IMG/VR virus record: IMGVR_UViG_3300009776_000631
Reading direction: 5' to 3' (one strand)
DNA from: a virus
DNA: 23,789 bases
Part shown: piece after piece, positions 21,648-23,789 of the stretch
Layout of the letters: each line of letters starts with the position of its first letter
Numbering within the stretch: position 1 is the stretch's first letter
Made by a program: the position numbers and the translations under genes
The notes under the pieces: generated by a model
Seen by the model: the letters and a program-made list of their open reading frames with translations, nothing else
What the model was told of the DNA's origin: nothing
Database searches by the model: none

Positions 21648-23230
21648 GAGGCATCCCGGGAGAGGCTCGTGAGGCCCTGCTCGAGAGTCGCAGTCACCTC
21701 GTCGTCGGTCACGTCCGTGACAGTCCCGATCTCGACCTCCGGCTCGCCGTTCTTTATATCCCGGATCACCGCCCGCATCCGGGAGATATGCTCGGTGAAT
21801 GTCCGTTTGAGCTGGAGATACGCCCGGAACTGTGAGTCCGGGATCACGGTCACCTGCGTGCGGTTGACGGTGCCCGCTCGGTCGTAGACGTACCGGATAT
21901 CGACGATCCGGTAATCCCCGGATGTGATCTGCGTGAAGCCCGAGAACGCGAGCAGTTGCAGCTTCCGGAGGTCGGACCGGGCCCGCAGGGTTACGTCGTA
22001 TTTCAGGATCGGGGTGCAGTAGTAGTCGTAGAGGTCATCCGCCCGGTCGTCCGCGTCATCCTGTGAGGAGATATCCTCATTGATCTCCTTGTAGGTCCGG
22101 GGGGTCTTCCCATTAGTGATCTCGCTCGTCTCCTTGACCGACCTGTACCATTCAGATTTGGCAAGCGCCTTGCACTTGACAATGATCCGGTTGAAGTTCT
22201 GCCCCCCCTTCCGCTCGTACCGCGCCGGGGAGATAACTGCATACGAGGTCGGGGTGATGGTGACCTTCGCCGGCAGATCGAGGCCGTCCGTGGCGCTGTC
22301 GATATCGTCCTCCGGGATGAAGTACGCGGAGGGTTTCGGGCTGCCCGCGACCGTGACCCACCGGCGGTAGAAGATATAGTCCATGTAATCGGCAACCTTG
22401 TCGATCACCTGGATGATCGTCTCGAGGTCCTCAAAGAAGAATGTCTTCTGGATCGTATCCCACAACGTCGCGGAGTTCGCCATCCGGTACGCGTCAATCC
22501 CGGTGCTGCCCCCGCCGTCGACATTCTCCAGCAGCCGCTCGACCCAGTCCTCCGGGTAATAGTCTGACACCGTATAAACAACGGTCTGCCCGTCAGCCGT
22601 GGCGATGTTCGTGCCATTGACCTTCAGGTATTCCGTGTCAGTGAAATAGTCGCCGTCTCCATCAGGGGAACCGGAGATAATCGTGATAATGAGGTAGTGG
22701 TCGAACTGGTCGACCTCCCAGACGCTCGCAATGTGCCCGCTGGTTGCGCCGGTGATGATATCCCCAATCCCAAAGAGGCCGGTATAATTCGTGAAGTCCA
22801 GCCGGTAGTAGGTGATCTTGTCCTGGTCGATGATTGAGAGAAGGTTGCGGTCCGTGAGCTGCGGGTAGTTCATCGTGAGATACCAGGAGAAGTCGTACGC
22901 GATGCAGGTCGTCTGGTCCTTCTCTGCGCTATACGACGTCTCGCCGTCCACGAAGATCCCGACGAAAACGACCTGGCTTGTCCCGGAATAATCCGGGATC
23001 GCGTAGGAGAACTTCTCATAGTACGCCGGCTCGACGTTGCCGGAGAAGGTGAAGATCCCGCGCATCATCTTGTCGTTCAGGCTGTCAGTGATCTCAACCG
23101 ATACCAGCGAGTCCATGACATTCGCGGTGAAGGTGCTTACCGGCAGGTATCCCGCGCTGCCCCGCACTATTGCGTCGTCGCCGAGCTGCCCTTCCGTGAA
23201 AAGGTTGACGTCAGGCCCGGCGTCCGTCAT
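21644..23230 (-). CDS. Putative tail/baseplate hub-like structural protein
   Basis: 528 aa, acidic and beta-rich, in a coupled late operon upstream of the propeller; NRIIVK and C-terminal EIGTVTDV segments recall tail-tip proteins. Inference only. Confidence 0.5.
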   Translation of the reverse strand: MTDAGPDVNLFTEGQLGDDAIVRGSAGYLPVSTFTANVMDSLVSVEITDSLNDKMMRGIFTFSGNVEPAYYEKFSYAIPDYSGTSQVVFVGIFVDGETSYSAEKDQTTCIAYDFSWYLTMNYPQLTDRNLLSIIDQDKITYYRLDFTNYTGLFGIGDIITGATSGHIASVWEVDQFDHYLIITIISGSPDGDGDYFTDTEYLKVNGTNIATADGQTVVYTVSDYYPEDWVERLLENVDGGGSTGIDAYRMANSATLWDTIQKTFFFEDLETIIQVIDKVADYMDYIFYRRWVTVAGSPKPSAYFIPEDDIDSATDGLDLPAKVTITPTSYAVISPARYERKGGQNFNRIIVKCKALAKSEWYRSVKETSEITNGKTPRTYKEINEDISSQDDADDRADDLYDYYCTPILKYDVTLRARSDLRKLQLLAFSGFTQITSGDYRIVDIRYVYDRAGTVNRTQVTVIPDSQFRAYLQLKRTFTEHISRMRAVIRDIKNGEPEVEIGTVTDVTDDEVTATLEQGLTSLSRDAS

Positions 23231-23766
23231 GTGGAGGTCCCGACGAAGGTGCTCACCTGGTCGCTGCCGTCATACGTGGCGGTCTTGGTGAGGGTGTAGA
23301 TAACATTGGTGCCAGCTGCCCGGTCCGCCTCGGTGAGGTAGAACTTCTTGGTGGACCCGGTCATCTTGCCGCTCGTGCCGTCGTACGTGAAGGTGTTCTC
23401 GGTGAAGAACGGGCCTTCCAGCGCGAGGATCTTCTTCAGGGTATCGTTGAGGGCGTACTCGTACTCCTCGTGGACCTCCATCTCCTTAAAGAGCAGCAGG
23501 CAGTCGTCGATCTTGATCCGCATGATAAGCGAGCCCGCGGTGTTGGTGTCGGTCGCGTCGAGCGTGATGTAGTACCAGCCGTTGGCGATCTCGGTTGCGC
23601 CGCCGCTGTTCTTGTTAACGAACGACGTGCCTCCCGCCTTGAGGAACTGGATATCGGTATTCGCAATCGTGAGCCCGGTCTTCGGGGTGATCCCGTCGTC
23701 GTCGTCCAGGAACGGGCCGATCTGGATGACCTGGGATGCCGTGGATTTTTTCAGTTTCTGTACCAT
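23227..23766 (-). CDS. Putative virion structural protein
   Basis: Thr/Gly-rich; GPFLDDDDGITPKTGLT, NGWYYITL; ATGA-coupled; GGAGG RBS. Confidence 0.55.
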   Translation of the reverse strand: MVQKLKKSTASQVIQIGPFLDDDDGITPKTGLTIANTDIQFLKAGGTSFVNKNSGGATEIANGWYYITLDATDTNTAGSLIMRIKIDDCLLLFKEMEVHEEYEYALNDTLKKILALEGPFFTENTFTYDGTSGKMTGSTKKFYLTEADRAAGTNVIYTLTKTATYDGSDQVSTFVGTST

Positions 23767-23789
23767 GATTTCAGCCTCCTGTCACCAGC

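Larger units (their letters stand above)
1..23789. mobile_element. Temperate archaeal virus / provirus-like element (both window ends still inside the element)
   Basis: Integrase next to a tRNA, divergent RHH switch, long operon of small overlapping genes (repeated ATGA/TGATG junctions), antirepressor-like, ParB, MTase, HNH-like and tail-like genes; no host housekeeping context seen. Confidence 0.85.

Overview
The whole window looks like one temperate head-tail-type virus genome segment of a methanogenic archaeon. A Methanomicrobiales-like host is inferred from the PCNA sequences, PKD surface proteins and GGTGA/GGAGG ribosome-binding sites. Right to left on the minus strand: tail-type genes (a 528-aa tail/hub-like protein and a Kelch-like beta-propeller), a lipoprotein and a DUF4282-like membrane gene, an intact plus-strand tRNA-Leu(GAG) at 19393-19477 beside a tyrosine integrase, a divergent ribbon-helix-helix (RHH) switch, a tightly coupled early operon (17622 to 3464), membrane genes, a ~320-nt highly structured stretch, and PKD/beta-helix surface-protein genes. 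The early operon encodes TWO PCNA sliding-clamp paralogs, an antirepressor-like protein, a Myb/SANT-repeat protein, a ParB-like protein, an HNH-like protein and an 835-aa Cys-decorated DNA methyltransferase. Strongest leads: (1) a second 13-bp copy of the tRNA anticodon stem-loop core 87 bp upstream of the one inside a complete tRNA, suggesting integration that breaks the host tRNA and supplies a full replacement; (2) two clamps with no recognisable polymerase, helicase or clamp loader; (3) a three-domain candidate ncRNA ending in a tRNA-like fold at 2189-2505; (4) a recurrent Cys module shared by the methyltransferase and ParB. All family assignments are by eye from motifs; no searches or folding programs were run.
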